Source: Chiloscyllium plagiosum (Eukaryota). Taken from it: a stretch of 64,000 bases of DNA. Location: assembly GCF_004010195.1 (NCBI RefSeq), contig NC_057718.1:9136700-9200699 (forward strand), written 5' to 3'. Shown piece by piece: positions 51,891-64,000 of this stretch. Below the pieces are notes generated by a model. It had not been told where the DNA came from and made no database searches. It was given only the letters and a program-made list of their open reading frames with translations. The translations under genes and the position numbers were made by a program. The stretch's first letter is position 1. Each line of letters opens with the position of its first letter.

Positions 51891-53149
51891 TGACATCAGC
51901 AAGTCAGTTCTCTTGTTGATTCCCTCCTACATATTCCCACTTTTCCTGTGCTCTTTTACAGCTTTAGAATTTAATCCCAGTTAAAAAAGTACAGGATCAC
52001 CGTATTCATCCCCTCCCCCGACGCCATCCCCTCAAATGAACTTTTCTTAAAATTAAATCTTCTGCTTGAAGAATGTTCATGTAATAGAGTAACCAGAACC
52101 CGTTGTTGTTTTTCTTCATACCCTGCAATCTTTGGCACAATTTATTCACCACAAGATCTAGTGACCTTGTAACAATCTGACAAAAGGATGTGTTTTTCAT
52201 TTGAGCTGGGGAGGAGTGCAGGGTGGGTGGGGATGTTTGTTTCAAAGGAAAAGGGAGAGAGATGTGGCATTTAGACTTCAAAAGTACTCGTGTAACATCC
52301 TGATGGGGTGACTGTCCGTCCCAAAGTAGGGGAAGGACAGCAACAAGCTGCATTTACGTAGCACCTTAGGCTAACCTCCAGTGTTATAAAGCAGAATAAA
52401 AGGATACGCCGGGGCAGATGACCAAAGGTTGAGTGAAAGAGGTAGGTTTCATGGAGTTTCGTATAGGAGCAGGGAGACAGAGGAGCTTGTTTGACGGGAA
52501 TTAAAATACCCAGACACAAAACGGTAAGGCAGCCAAATGATTAAAATCAGGGCTGTGCAAAAGGGCATTCTCATGCTCACCGCCAGCATGTATCAACACT
52601 CTTCAAATATTTACCAGATTTCGACTTAAATTATTGCCAATTTGACTCAAGCAGGGCTTCCCAAAGAGTGCGGGATTGGGGTGTCCAGGGGGATATGAGG
52701 TGGAATTCTGGGATTGCAATATCCAAGGTAGCCATGAAGTTCTGACTGAGTTATGAACGCTGTGTTCACTTTCTTATCAAGGGGTTACTATTTTCCCAAA
52801 CTTGCCCAGAAACCCCCATTCTCAGTCATTCGTTTGACCCTGAAATGGGTCCCATTTGTTTGGTATCTTCGCACACACTTTTCAAGTCTTTCAGAACTGG
52901 AGGTCTTGGAGGGGTTTGTTATATTCTTTCATGGGGTGTAGACATCGTTGGCCAGACCCTACACCAATTGCCCTTGAACGGAGTGAGTCTCTAAGCCTTT
53001 CCGATAGGCAGTTGAGGGTCAGCCACATTGTTGTGAGTCTAGAGTCACATGTAGGCCAGACCAGGTAAGAATGGTCTCCTTCCCTAAAGAGGAATCAATG
53101 ATAGTTTCCAGCCACCGTCATTAAGCTAAATTTCCAATTTAGTTTAAAT

Positions 53150-53498
53150 GGAGTGGCTCAGTGGTTAGCGCTGTAGTCTCACAGCGCCAGGGACCAAGGG
53201 TTCGATCCCATCCTTGGGTGATTGTCAGTTTGGAGTTTGCACATTCTCCCCGTGACTGCGTGGGTTTCCTCTGGGTGCTCTGGTTTCCTCCCACAGTCCA
53301 AAGATGTGCAGGCTAGGTGGTTTGGTCATGCTAAATTGCCTTGCAGTGTGCAAGGATGTGCAGGCTAGGTGGATTGGCCATCGTTAAGCAAGTTTACAGG
53401 AATAGGGTGGGGGGGGTTGCTGGGTGGGATGCTCTTCAGAGGGTTGGTGTGGACTTGGCGGGCTGAATCGGCTGTTTCCACACCGTGGGGATTCTATG
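53150..53498 (+). mobile_element. V-SINE inserted in a minus-strand SINE-B (~52920-53610)
   Basis: A/B boxes and V-domain. Confidence 0.85.
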
Positions 53499-54231
53499 AA
53501 AAATTCTACAAGCTGCCAGGTTGGATTTGAACCCATATCCTCAGAACATTAGCTTGGCCTTCTGGATCACTGATACCAATATCAACTACCATGGCACCAC
53601 TATCTGCCCCTTGCCTTTTAAACCAAATCATGAAGATCCTTCCATGACCAGTAACCTCTGGAATGGGATTTGAATCCCATGTTTCGGGCTCAGACTCAGA
53701 GACACAGGATCCTGAGCCTCAACTCCTTCCAAGCAGGGATTCCGTGTCTTTCTCTTGCAGAACTTTCTAGAAGTCACAGTGGTCCAGCTCTCACACCACA
53801 TAATTCACCAACAACTGTCATTTTCCATTGACACCACCCTTCAAATGGAGCTTCAGCTTTTTAATTCTGATAAACTGCACTGAATAAGATTCTGAAGGAG
53901 TTAATGTTTGTCACACAAAACCGTTGGCTGGAGACAAGGAGTTCTCCATTATCAGTTGGGGGGAGCAGATGTATCTGGACTAGTTCTCTCAAGTTCTTGT
54001 AAAATTCCTGTCATTTTACAAATTACTAAGATGCAATAAACCTTGTTGTTATCTAAGAGCTGTGCTTCTTCTGTAGATATTCCATGGCGCTGTATCCGGG
54101 ACCAGTAGATAGGCCAAGAACAAAGCAAAGACACAGGAGGGTTTGTGGTGGTGAACAACCTCATTTGACCCCTAACCCAGAACCCAAAACATTGGTAGAG
54201 GTGGTGGCAAGTTCCATAAGATGCCAGCAAT

Positions 54232-54906
54232 CTGTCTGGATGTATCACTACCTGGTATGGCAACTGGATCATTCAAGATCAGAGAAGGTTACAGAGAGTG
54301 GGGAACTCGGCCCGGACAATCACAAAGGCCAGCCTCCCATCTATAGAATCCATCTACCAGGCCCGCTGTCAAGGAAAGGCCGCCAGCATTCTCAAAGATC
54401 CATCCCACCCTGGCAATGTTTTTCTACAACCTCCTTAACATTCCCCTGTACCTGTGGTTTTGTTTTTGCCGCTGTTTACCTATTATTTACTGTCTATGCT
54501 ACTTAACTCTGTGATCTGCCTGTATTGCTCGCAAGACAAAGCTTTTCACTGTGCCTTGGTACACATGACAATAGATTAGATTACTTACAGGCCCTTCGGT
54601 CCAACAAGTCCACATCAACCCGCCGAAGCGCAACCCACCCAGACCCATTCCCCTACATTTACCCCTTCACCTAACACTACGGGCAATTTAACTTGGCCAA
54701 TTCACCTAACCTGCACATTTTTTGGACTGTGGGAGGAAACCGGAGCACCCAGAGGAAACCCACGCAGACACGGGGAGAACGTGCAAACTCCACACAGAGA
54801 GTCCCTGATGCGGGAATTGAACCCGGGTCTCTGGCGCTGTGAGGCAGCAGTGCCAACCACTGTGCCACCGTGCCGCCCCAATAAATAAATTCAATTCAAT
54901 TCAATT
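54232..54906 (+). mobile_element. Rex1/Babar 3' end, with a V-SINE (54574-54878, -) inserted just before its tail
   Basis: Near-identical to 21870-22333 with an internal deletion; the (TCAAT)n tail resumes after the SINE. Confidence 0.9.
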
Positions 54907-54999
54907 GTCATCTGGTAAAATGCCACAAACATTGCCATGGGACACTCAGTTCATGACCTCATTCCTGCCCTGATCCAATCATTATCAAAAGAACCGAAC

Positions 55000-55600
55000 T
55001 CGAGAGGTGATGTGAGAGTGACTGTCCTCAACATCATGGCAATACCTGACTGAGGGTGGTACCAAGGAATCCAAGCGAAACTCGAGTCAATGCGAACCAG
55101 GGGAAAAGATCTCCACTGGCTGGAGTCATAGCTGGCACAAAGGAAGACGCCTGTGGTTGTTGAAGGTCAGTCATCTCAGCTCCAGGCCACCTCTGCAGGA
55201 GTTCCTCAGGGTAGTGTCCTAGGCCCAACCATCTTCAGCTGCTTCATCAATGACCTTTCCTCCATCATAAGGTCAGACGTGCAAATATTTACTGATGACT
55301 GCACAATGTTCAGCACTATTCGTGACTCCTCAGGTACTGAAGCAGTGTCTGTTCAAATGCAACAAGATCTGGACAATATCCAGTAACAAGTAACATTCAT
55401 ATCCAACAAGTGCGAGGCAATGATCATCTCCAAAAAGATAGAGTCTAGGCATCACCTCATGTCATTCAATGGTGTTACCATCACTGAATCCCCACTATCA
55501 ATATCCTGAGTGGTACCATTGATCAGAAACTGACCAACCGTATAAAAACTGTGGCTACAAGAGCTGGTCAGAGCTGAGCAATCCTCAGTGAGTAACCGAC
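55000..55600 (+). mobile_element. CR1 family-B LINE RT fragment
   Basis: GVPQGSVLGPTIFSCFINDL..IFTDDC..QQDLDNI. Confidence 0.9.
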
Positions 55601-56472
55601 CTCCAGAGTTGTTCAATTCTCTCCATTAGCTTCCCAGTGCAGGGGCGTCCCTGGGTCTTGCTGTAACTTCAGATCCCAGCTCTGGAGGGGTTTTTACCCA
55701 TCATTATCTCCATGATTTATCTAAGCTTTAAGCCAACACTGTTATCTGCACGTTGAGATAGTCTCTGGATTTCTGCACATACACCAACTCTGAGATTGAC
55801 ACTCACTAATTAAGACTCTTCAATTCATGATGTAACATGACACTGCTTTATTTACATCTGTGCACAGCAGATCAACAAATGCAGCTCTTCAGTGCAATGT
55901 TTAAATCCTCTCTCTTCAAATACCCATCTGGAGTCTTCTCACTATCAGAATCATGCGATCAGATTTCTTTATCAGTAAAAGAAACAAGTGTTATGGAGAA
56001 AGGCAGCAAAGTGCAGTTGAGGGTGATCAGTTCAGCCAATGAATAGCAGAGCAGACTCAATGGGCTGAATGGCCTATTTCTTCTATAATGTCTTACAGTC
56101 TTAGGGGATGAAAAGAAAATATGTCCAAAGCAGAGACCAAGACAGCTGATGGCTCGGTAACAAGTGTTTACAATTGTTTTTGTTGCTTTTGGGGTTTGTA
56201 ACTTAGAGAGTACAATGCTGGGTTTAACTAACAATAACTAGATAAAGTATAGCCACAATAACAACGTGTTGTCAGTTTTCCATCTCTGCAGTATCCCCCA
56301 AGTCCTTCAATCTTCAGTTTCCCTGTAAGCAGGTACCACTCCTTGTTGGTGTTACTCCTGCACTCAGAATGACAATGCTGCCTGGGTGGAGAGCCAGCTC
56401 ACTTCCATCCTCGTATGTTCATTCTAAGCTCACCTGTGGGTGTCCTGAACCATACCAAACCATACCGAACCA

Positions 56473-56972
56473 NNNNNNNNNNNNNNNNNNNNNNNNNNNN
56501 NNNNNNNNNNNNNNNNNNNNNNNNNNNNNNNNNNNNNNNNNNNNNNNNNNNNNNNNNNNNNNNNNNNNNNNNNNNNNNNNNNNNNNNNNNNNNNNNNNNN
56601 NNNNNNNNNNNNNNNNNNNNNNNNNNNNNNNNNNNNNNNNNNNNNNNNNNNNNNNNNNNNNNNNNNNNNNNNNNNNNNNNNNNNNNNNNNNNNNNNNNNN
56701 NNNNNNNNNNNNNNNNNNNNNNNNNNNNNNNNNNNNNNNNNNNNNNNNNNNNNNNNNNNNNNNNNNNNNNNNNNNNNNNNNNNNNNNNNNNNNNNNNNNN
56801 NNNNNNNNNNNNNNNNNNNNNNNNNNNNNNNNNNNNNNNNNNNNNNNNNNNNNNNNNNNNNNNNNNNNNNNNNNNNNNNNNNNNNNNNNNNNNNNNNNNN
56901 NNNNNNNNNNNNNNNNNNNNNNNNNNNNNNNNNNNNNNNNNNNNNNNNNNNNNNNNNNNNNNNNNNNNNNNN
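56473..56972. other. Assembly gap (500 N)
   Basis: Run of N, preceded by short aaccatacc tandem units. Confidence 1.
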
Positions 56973-59574
56973 TCACACATCTGTTCAGAGGCTCTTAAAC
57001 CCTCTCTGTGGCAATATCCTCTTACATCACTCCCTGCTAAAACGTGTTTGATCACACTCCGATGTAGAGCCTGAAAACATTTCAGGTGCTATATCAATGC
57101 AAGTTGATATTGTTGTCATGAGGAGCAGGGAAATGAGGTAATAAGATAACTTGTTCTAATTTCAGGTGAAATCTCAAAAGATGGTGTAACCAGAGACATT
57201 TGTCTTCAAAAAGGTATTTTTGTCAGTGTCTGTTTTCAGTCGATCAGATAGTTTTGTTTACACATTGAACATTAATGACATCATGGAAAAGACTTTGAGG
57301 ACCAACTGAGTTTGACAGTGAGAGGAAGCTTAATTAGTATCAGTGCACACAGCCATTCACCCCAGGGATCCTTTTGATTGACTCTCTTCATCCTAGTGCC
57401 ACTCGCTTCGACTTAGACCTACTCCTGACCCTCGTGTGATCACTTTTTAAAATTATCTCCAAATGTTTTAACTCAGACACCTCTCTGCTGTCTTCAGATC
57501 TGCAATAATATGCACCATTTATCAACTTTCAGCAATTCACAGCACTTCAAGACAGGTCATTTATTCAGTCATGGGATGTGGGCATCACTGGCTGGGCCAG
57601 TATTTGTTGCCCATCCCTAGTTGCCCCTCGAGAAGGTGGTGGAGAGCTGCCCTCTGGAACTGCTGCAGCCCACAATGCCGTAAGGGAGGAAGTTCCAGGA
57701 TTTTGACCCAGTGACACTGAAGGAACGGTGATATATTTCCCAAGGCAGGATAGTGAGTGACTTGAAGAGGAACTTGCAGATATGACAGTACAGCGTTGGA
57801 GCAGAATTAGACACCTTTCTTCTTCCTTCTCCCTGTAACCCTTGACCCCCCCCCCCCCCCTTACTTTTAAGAACATTTCTATCTCTGTCTTAAAGTCTCT
57901 CAATGACTTGGCCTCCACAATCTTCTGCAGCAATGCGTTCCACACATTCACCATCTTCTGGATGAAGAAATTCCTCCTTATCTCAGTTCTAAAGGGTTGT
58001 CCCTTCACTCTGAGGCTGTGCCCTTGGGTCCTAGTCTCTCCTCCTAGTTGAAACATCTTCTCCATGTCCACTCTCTCCAGGCCTCTCAGTGTTCTGTAAG
58101 TTTCAGTGAGATCCCCCCTCATCCTCCTGAACTCCATTGAGTACAGGCCCAGAGTCCTCAACCATTCCGCACATGACAAGCCCTTCATCCCTGGAATCGT
58201 TCTTATAAACCTCCTCTGAACCCTCTCCAATGTCAGCACATCCTTCTTTAGATACAGGTGCCAAAACTGCTCATAATACTCCCAATCCGGTCTGACCAGA
58301 GGGTTATACAGCCTCAGGAGTACATCCCTGTTCTTGTATTCTTGCCCTCAATCCAACATTGCATTTGCCTTCCTACATGCAACTGAACCTGAATGTTAAC
58401 CTGAAGAGAATTCTAAACAAGGCCTCCAAAATCTTTTTGAGCTTGAAATTTTCAAAGCCTTTCCACATTTAGAAAAATTGTCTATGCCTCTATTCTTCCT
58501 ACCAAAGTGCGCGACCGTAAATTTTCCCACAACGTGCTCCATCTGCCACTTCATAGCCCCCTCTCCTAGAGTGCTTCTACAACCTCCCCACGTCCTCAGC
58601 ACTGCCTACCCCTCGATCTATCTCTGTGTCATCTGCAATCTTAGCAACAATGTCCTCAGCTCCGTCGTCAAGTTGTTCATGTATAACGTGAATGGTTGTG
58701 GTCCCAACTCTGATCTCTGTGGAACCTCAGTAGTCACCGGCTACCATCCTGAGAGAGATGCCTTTATCCTTACTCTCTGCCTTCTGCCAGTCAGCCAATC
58801 CTCTATCCATGCCATTACCTTGCCCCTATAACTATGGGTTATCTTATTTAGCAGTCTCCTGTGCAGCACCTTGTCAAAGGTCTTCTGGTAATCTAAATCA
58901 ATCACATCCACTGGCTCTCCCTTGTCTAACTTGCTCATTACCTTCTCAAAGAATTCTAGCAGATTCATTAGGCATGAGCTCCCCCTGACAAAGCCATGCT
59001 GACTCCGCCCTCTTTTACCATGTGTTTCCAAATACTCTGCAGTGTTATCTTTAATAGCGGCCTCAGAAATCTTATCCACAGTTCAGGTCAGGGGAACCAA
59101 CCCGTAGTTTCCTGTCTTCTGCCTCCCTTCTTAAACAGGAGTGTCACATTAGCCATTTGCCAGTCCTCTGGGACCCTCCCACTGATTCCTGAAAGATCCC
59201 CGGTGTTGCGAAGGATGGGCCTGGCCTCGCTGCCGCGGAATGCTCCAAGTAGTTGGACCGTTCCGTATCACCTGTCCTTCGTGGAGAAGTTTATGAAGAA
59301 AAACACCTTTGACCACAAGTCCATCAGGAAGTGGTCAGCACATAGTGTCCTTGAGACCCTTCGGGAAAAGGAGAGGGCGGATCACGCCGCTGGCGTTTGC
59401 CTTCGCCGCGCAGCTCGACTTTCTTCCTACGCTGCACCCTGAAATGGCGGGACCGGCCTGTTGCTCACGCGTGAAGCTTTTGATCTTTCGGGACCACTCT
59501 CAGGGGGGCGGCGTACGCAAACGGTGTTCCGGCTGCTGCAGACCAGCCGAGTGAGAGGTTGCACTTGCCGTTTT

Positions 59575-59579
59575 AAAAA
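59575..59579 (-). terminator. Pol III terminator (T5) of the tRNA-Ala
   Basis: TTTTT on the - strand, 4 nt after the tRNA 3' end. Confidence 0.75.
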
Positions 59580-59583
59580 TAAG

Positions 59584-59656
59584 TGGAGAATGTGGGCATC
59601 GATCCCGCTACCTCTCGCATGCGAAGCAAGCGCTCTACCATTTGAGCTAATCCCCC
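59584..59656 (-). tRNA. tRNA-Ala (anticodon CGC)
   Basis: Reverse complement is GGGGGATTAGCTCAAATGGTAGAGCGCTTGCTTCGCATGCGAGAGGTAGCGGGATCGATGCCCACATTCTCCA (73 nt): cloverleaf with G3:U70, anticodon loop TT-CGC-AT, one C-A mismatch in the T stem. Confidence 0.9.
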
Positions 59657-60590
59657 CATTGACCAGCCGGCCCTGCTTTCACTACTTCCGCAGTGGATCC
59701 TGAGCACTCACGCTCCGGGATGTGCAGGAAATCGTTTCATCCGTCGGACGGCTGAGACCAAACATTGCTGATGCCAGTCTCGATGAAACAACCAACCTGT
59801 CGGAGGAGCAGCAGCGGCAGCTGGTGGACTCAGGCGAGGCGGTAGGCCACATGGACGAGGAAAGACGTGCTGAGGAGATGGGAATTGCTGATTGGAGGTC
59901 GAAATGACTTCAACCTTGGCGCAGCCACCACGAGCGTGAGGTGACGTCGCAGGGCCCCGCCTGACTGATAGAAGACTTCATTTGGTTGCAGTGAGCACAA
60001 AGTGCTTTTGTGCGTTTGTGTTGAAAAAAGCAGAGGAAGTCTGGAGAGGAATGCAGTGGTGTTTGTCGAGGTTCGTCCCGAGCAGCGCCGTGACGCGGGA
60101 CTCCATGCTCTACGGTCTGTTCCCCGGGACGCACACTGAGACGAACATCAACTGTGCCTGAAGGATCATCAACTTGGTGAAGGATGCTCTCTGGGCGGTC
60201 CAAGACCTGTTGATCTTCTAGCTGAAGGAGTTGACCCCGACTGAGTGCTGCAGACTGGCACATTCCAAGGTCCAGGACTACGTGTTGAGGGATGCGCTAA
60301 GTTTGGGGCAGCTGCCGCCGAGGCGCGATGGGGAAAGACCACTGTGTAAAGTCTGCCTGCCTAACGAAGAACAGGGGACCCATGCAGTCATTTGGGCTCT
60401 GCTGACACTTCAGCAGAAGAGCTGGATAGTAAATGTACAACTTGTATATAGGAAAAATAAATTTCGATGTCTGTGTGTAAAGCAATGTAATGTGTGCACA
60501 AACCTGGCATGACCAATTGTATAGAGATCCAAATACTTTTATGAACAAAGTATATTTTTGAAATTAAAAAAAAAATTCCTGAAAGATCCT

Positions 60591-60915
60591 GGGTGGCACA
60601 GTGGTTAGCACTGCTGCCTCACAGTGCCAGGGAGCCAGGTTCAATTCCCACCTCGGGTGAATGTCTGTGTGGCGTTTGCACATTCTCCCCGTGGCTGCGT
60701 GGGTTTCCTCCGGGTGCTCCGGTTTCCTCCCACAGTCCAAAGATGTGCAGGGTCAGGTGAATTGGCCATGCTAAATTGACTGCAGTGTTTGGTGCATTAG
60801 TCAGGGGTAAGTACAGTTTAGGGGATTGGGTCTGGGTGAGTTCCTCTTCAGAGGGTTAATGTGGACTTGTTGGGTCAAAGGGCCTGTTTCCATACTGTCA
60901 GGCATCTAATCCAAT
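60591..60915 (+). mobile_element. V-SINE inserted immediately after the Tx1 TSD
   Basis: A/B boxes, V-domain, tail. Confidence 0.9.
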
Positions 60916-62308
60916 CACCAACAATCTCCTCAGCAATCTCCTTCACAACTCCAGGATGCTGTCCATCTGATCTGGGTGATATATCCAAACTTTCAGCTTT
61001 TCAAGCACCCTCTCCTTAGTGATGGCCACTGCTCTCATCTCTGCCCCCTGACTCTCTTGAAGTTCTGGTCTGCTGCTGGTGTCTTTCACCATGAAATCTG
61101 ATGCAAAATACCTACTCAGTTGCTCTGCCATTTCTTTGTACCCCAAAACCTCGAGCCTCATTTTCCAGCACTCCAACCCCACTCTCGCCTCGCTTTTACC
61201 TTTTAAATATCAAAACAATTTCTTGCAATCTTCATATTTCATATTTCTGCCCCCATTATTGCTTTTCTGGTTCTCCTCTGCTGGTTTTTAATGGCCTCCC
61301 AGTCCTCTGGCTTTAATCTTCACCACATTGCAAGCTTTTGCTTTCATGCTGTCCCTCATCAGCCAAGGTTACCCACCCCTCAGTGTCCTTCTTTCTCCTT
61401 GGGATGAATTTCTGCTCTGCCTCCCGAATTACTTTCGGAAACTCCTGCCATTGCTGCTCCACGGTCTTCCCTGCTAGACGGCTGCCCTAGTGTTTCTAGA
61501 CAGTTGGGTTTTGAGGGTTTGGAAGATGCTGATGAAGAACCTGGATGATTTGCTGTCACCCATCTGGCGGCTGCATCTCATGTCTGCTATTATGCATCAA
61601 TGGATCAGGGAGTGAAGACTTCCAGTGATCTCTGGGATGCCATTCAAGTAGTTTACTTTGTCTTAGAAACTTAGAAAACAGTCCGCATCAAACAATCTCT
61701 GCCATCCAATCGGATTCTCAACGCCATGCTCCTATTCTCTACCCCTTGACGCCATTAGTGAATAGAAATTCCTCGAGTTCTTTCTTAAGTATATTCAGCG
61801 ACTTGGCCTCCACAGCATTATTTGGGCAAGATTTTCACAAATATCTCCCCCCACCCCCCACCACCACAAACCCCAACCCCACCCCCTTCCCGCCCCCTGC
61901 TCTGAGTGAAGAAATTTCTCCTCATCTCAGTCTTAAATGGCCCACCCGTATCCTCAAACTGTGAGCCCTGGTTCTCGAATTTTGAGAGAAGGGGAAACAT
62001 TATCCCAGCAACCAGTCAGTCAAGCCCTGTCAGAACATAGTGTGCTTCAATGATATTCCCTTCTTTTTATTCAGTGAACGTAGGCCTTGCCATCTCATTG
62101 CATTCTCATAAGACAATAGAAATATATAGAGAATATATCCAAGAGACAATCTCAGATGGTGCCAAGCTTCTTTATGTTGGAGCTCCTTCAATGTCATTGA
62201 ATGCCAAGGGGTGATGGTTGAAATTCCTCTTTGCATGGAAATGGTCATTGCTAGTCACTTGAACGTTACTTGCTTTGCAACCAATGAAGCACTTCTTTAG
62301 TGGGGCTT

Positions 62309-62650
62309 GGGGTAGCGTGGTGGCTCAGTGGTTAGCACTGCTGCTTCACAGCACCAGGGACCCAGGTTCGAATCCAGCCTCTGGCAACTTTGTGAGGAGT
62401 TTGCACATTCTCCCCGTGTCTGCGTGGTGGGTTTCCTCCGGGTGATCCGGTTTCCTCCCACACTCAAAAGATATTCAGGTCAGGTGAATTGGCCAAGCTA
62501 AATTGCCCGATAGTGCTCAGGGATGGTTAGGTGCATTAGTCAGGGGTAAATGTAGGGGAATGGTTTTGGGTGGGATACCCTTCAGAGGGTCGGTGTGGAC
62601 TTATTGGGCCAAAGGCCCTGTTTCCACACTGTAGGGATTCTATGGATTCT
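62309..62650 (+). mobile_element. V-SINE
   Basis: A box tggctcagtgg, B box ggttcgaatcc, V-domain. Confidence 0.9.
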
Positions 62651-62841
62651 GAAGAATGGTCACCATTGAAATGTAGGAGAACACAGCAGTCAAAGATCTC
62701 ACTGTCAGTCGTGAGGTAGTGACCAAATAATCTGTTGGCAGGATTTGGTTGAAAGGTGGACACCGGTCAGGAGGGCTGCTGGAATGCCTTCTCATCTTAG
62801 AGATCTACAGCACAGATAAAGGCCCTTTGGCCCATTGAATC

Positions 62842-63463
62842 TGTGACAATGCTATGGCTGTTAGATATGCATTCTGTCCGTTTTTTGAAGAAAGGTTGTG
62901 CCAGAGATGATGGCAGTCTGTCCCAAAGCTAATAAAGTCAACAGCTTGTGAGGCCTTCGGTTTTTTTTAAACTCAGAACAATAGATGCTGCCTGGATGGG
63001 TGGAGTCAAGCTCCCACAGAACCAAGAATTTTAGTTTTAGCTCAGTAGCAGTTGCTGGGATCTTGAAGCTGGGTTTAGGAACTGCAGTGCATCTCTCTCT
63101 GATACTCTCTCTCTCAGAGACTTCTTTAGATGGTTTTCCTCCTGGACTGCGGAAATGTATGTGAAACAATCTATTTTACCGAATTTGCCTTTTGCCATGG
63201 GTGTGTTAATGGGATGTTACTGTACTGTAACAGTTACTGTTTATTAACTAAATCATCTACTACTCCAGTAGAGTTAAGATATTTCCAATTTCTTCTTTCT
63301 TTTGTTGTATTTTAACTATAGTATATGAATAAAGTGTGTTTTGCTTCAAATCTGGTAGTTTGACCAATCAAACTGCATCTAGAATGCCTGTAAAATCCGA
63401 AAATGTTAGGGTCTAAGTTATCGTCTTAACATATGTTGAGGGGGTTTGGTCTGGTTCACAACA
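62842..63463 (+). mobile_element. Solo LTR (622 bp) with 4-bp TSD, probably Gypsy-type
   Basis: Begins TGTGAC and ends CAACA; flanked by aatc at 62838-62841 and 63464-63467; AATAAA at ~63328. Confidence 0.8.
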
Positions 63464-64000
63464 AATCAAAACCAAGCACTTGACTACTCTAATCCCAATT
63501 TCGAGCAGTTGACCCATCACCATGTGGGTTTTGACTTGCACATCTAAAACCTGCTTCTCCGATGAACAGCATGGAGGGGGCTCCCACGTTTTCCACAGGC
63601 AGTGTGTTTATGGGAGGTTACTATATTGGAACATTTATTGTTTAGTAATTAAATAATCTATTGTTCTGTTAAGTTTTCCAATAGAGTTTAATATCAACAC
63701 CCTCCAATGACAGTCTGTCAGCCATGAGGCAAGAGCAGCAAGATTTTGGTGTTGAGTTGCTGGAGGGAGATCCGAACCAGTAACCTTCTTTCTCAGAAGT
63801 AAGTGTGGGACCCAGAGAAACATTTGATTCAGTGAAATGTCCCTGAAGCTGTCAGATTCTAGAGGACACAATGCGAAAACAACAAGCTTGAAGGTTACCT
63901 TTAGCTTCCATATCTTGGAGCGCATTGTGCCTTAACTCCACTTTGTAATAAAAAGCCTATGTCCCCTTGTAACAATAAATCTGCGTCGTGCAACTTCAAA

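Larger units (their letters stand above)
59200..60575 (+). mobile_element. 5'-truncated Tx1-clade LINE chimera carrying a tRNA cassette; polyA tail and 15-bp TSD
   Basis: LRRMGLASLPRNAPSSWTVPYHLSFVEKF (59200-59383) and AEEVWRGMQWCLSRF..LYGLFPG..LAHSKVQDYVLRDAL (60030-~60350) resemble the Tx1 ORF2 C-terminus. A-tail at 60566-60575; TSD attcctgaaagatcc at 59185-59199 and 60575-60589. Confidence 0.8.
57810..61480 (-). mobile_element. CR1 LINE ORF2 remnant, split by a Tx1 chimera and a V-SINE (CR1 parts ~57810-59199 and ~60915-61480)
   Basis: SQHGF..NLLEFFE..VDVIDLDYQKTFDKV and LERVQRRF..MRGDL; upstream EMAEQLSRYFASDF on the - strand. Confidence 0.88.

Noticed and set aside
56369..57074. Long ORFs over the second gap
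   Set aside because: Artefacts of N runs.

Overview
This is eukaryotic, transposon-saturated intergenic or intronic DNA. It is most likely from a cartilaginous fish (shark): the V-SINE/HE1-type tRNA SINEs with CR1 (HER1-like) tails, Rex1/Babar, RTE and Tx1 LINEs and many Penelope-like element (PLE) ends are typical of elasmobranch genomes. I can identify no host protein-coding gene. Nearly all supplied ORFs are broken retrotransposon fragments or chance ORFs in repeats. The only clear RNA gene is a tRNA-Ala(CGC) at 59584-59656 (-). It sits inside a TSD-flanked Tx1 LINE chimera, where a ~646-bp GC-rich tRNA cassette replaces part of ORF2. Other notable structures: (i) a ~1.56-kb inversion with inverted duplications at both breakpoints (5357-7921); (ii) many minimal hammerhead-ribozyme motifs in several PLE families; (iii) a 336-bp near-perfect PLE palindrome that also inverts host flanking DNA; (iv) a templated 30-bp inverted filler at a Rex1 5' junction; (v) a 20-bp palindrome-containing minisatellite with higher-order structure; (vi) three solo LTRs; (vii) a few candidate small exons in non-repeat islands. 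There are two N gaps. Family names come from motif recognition, not database searches.
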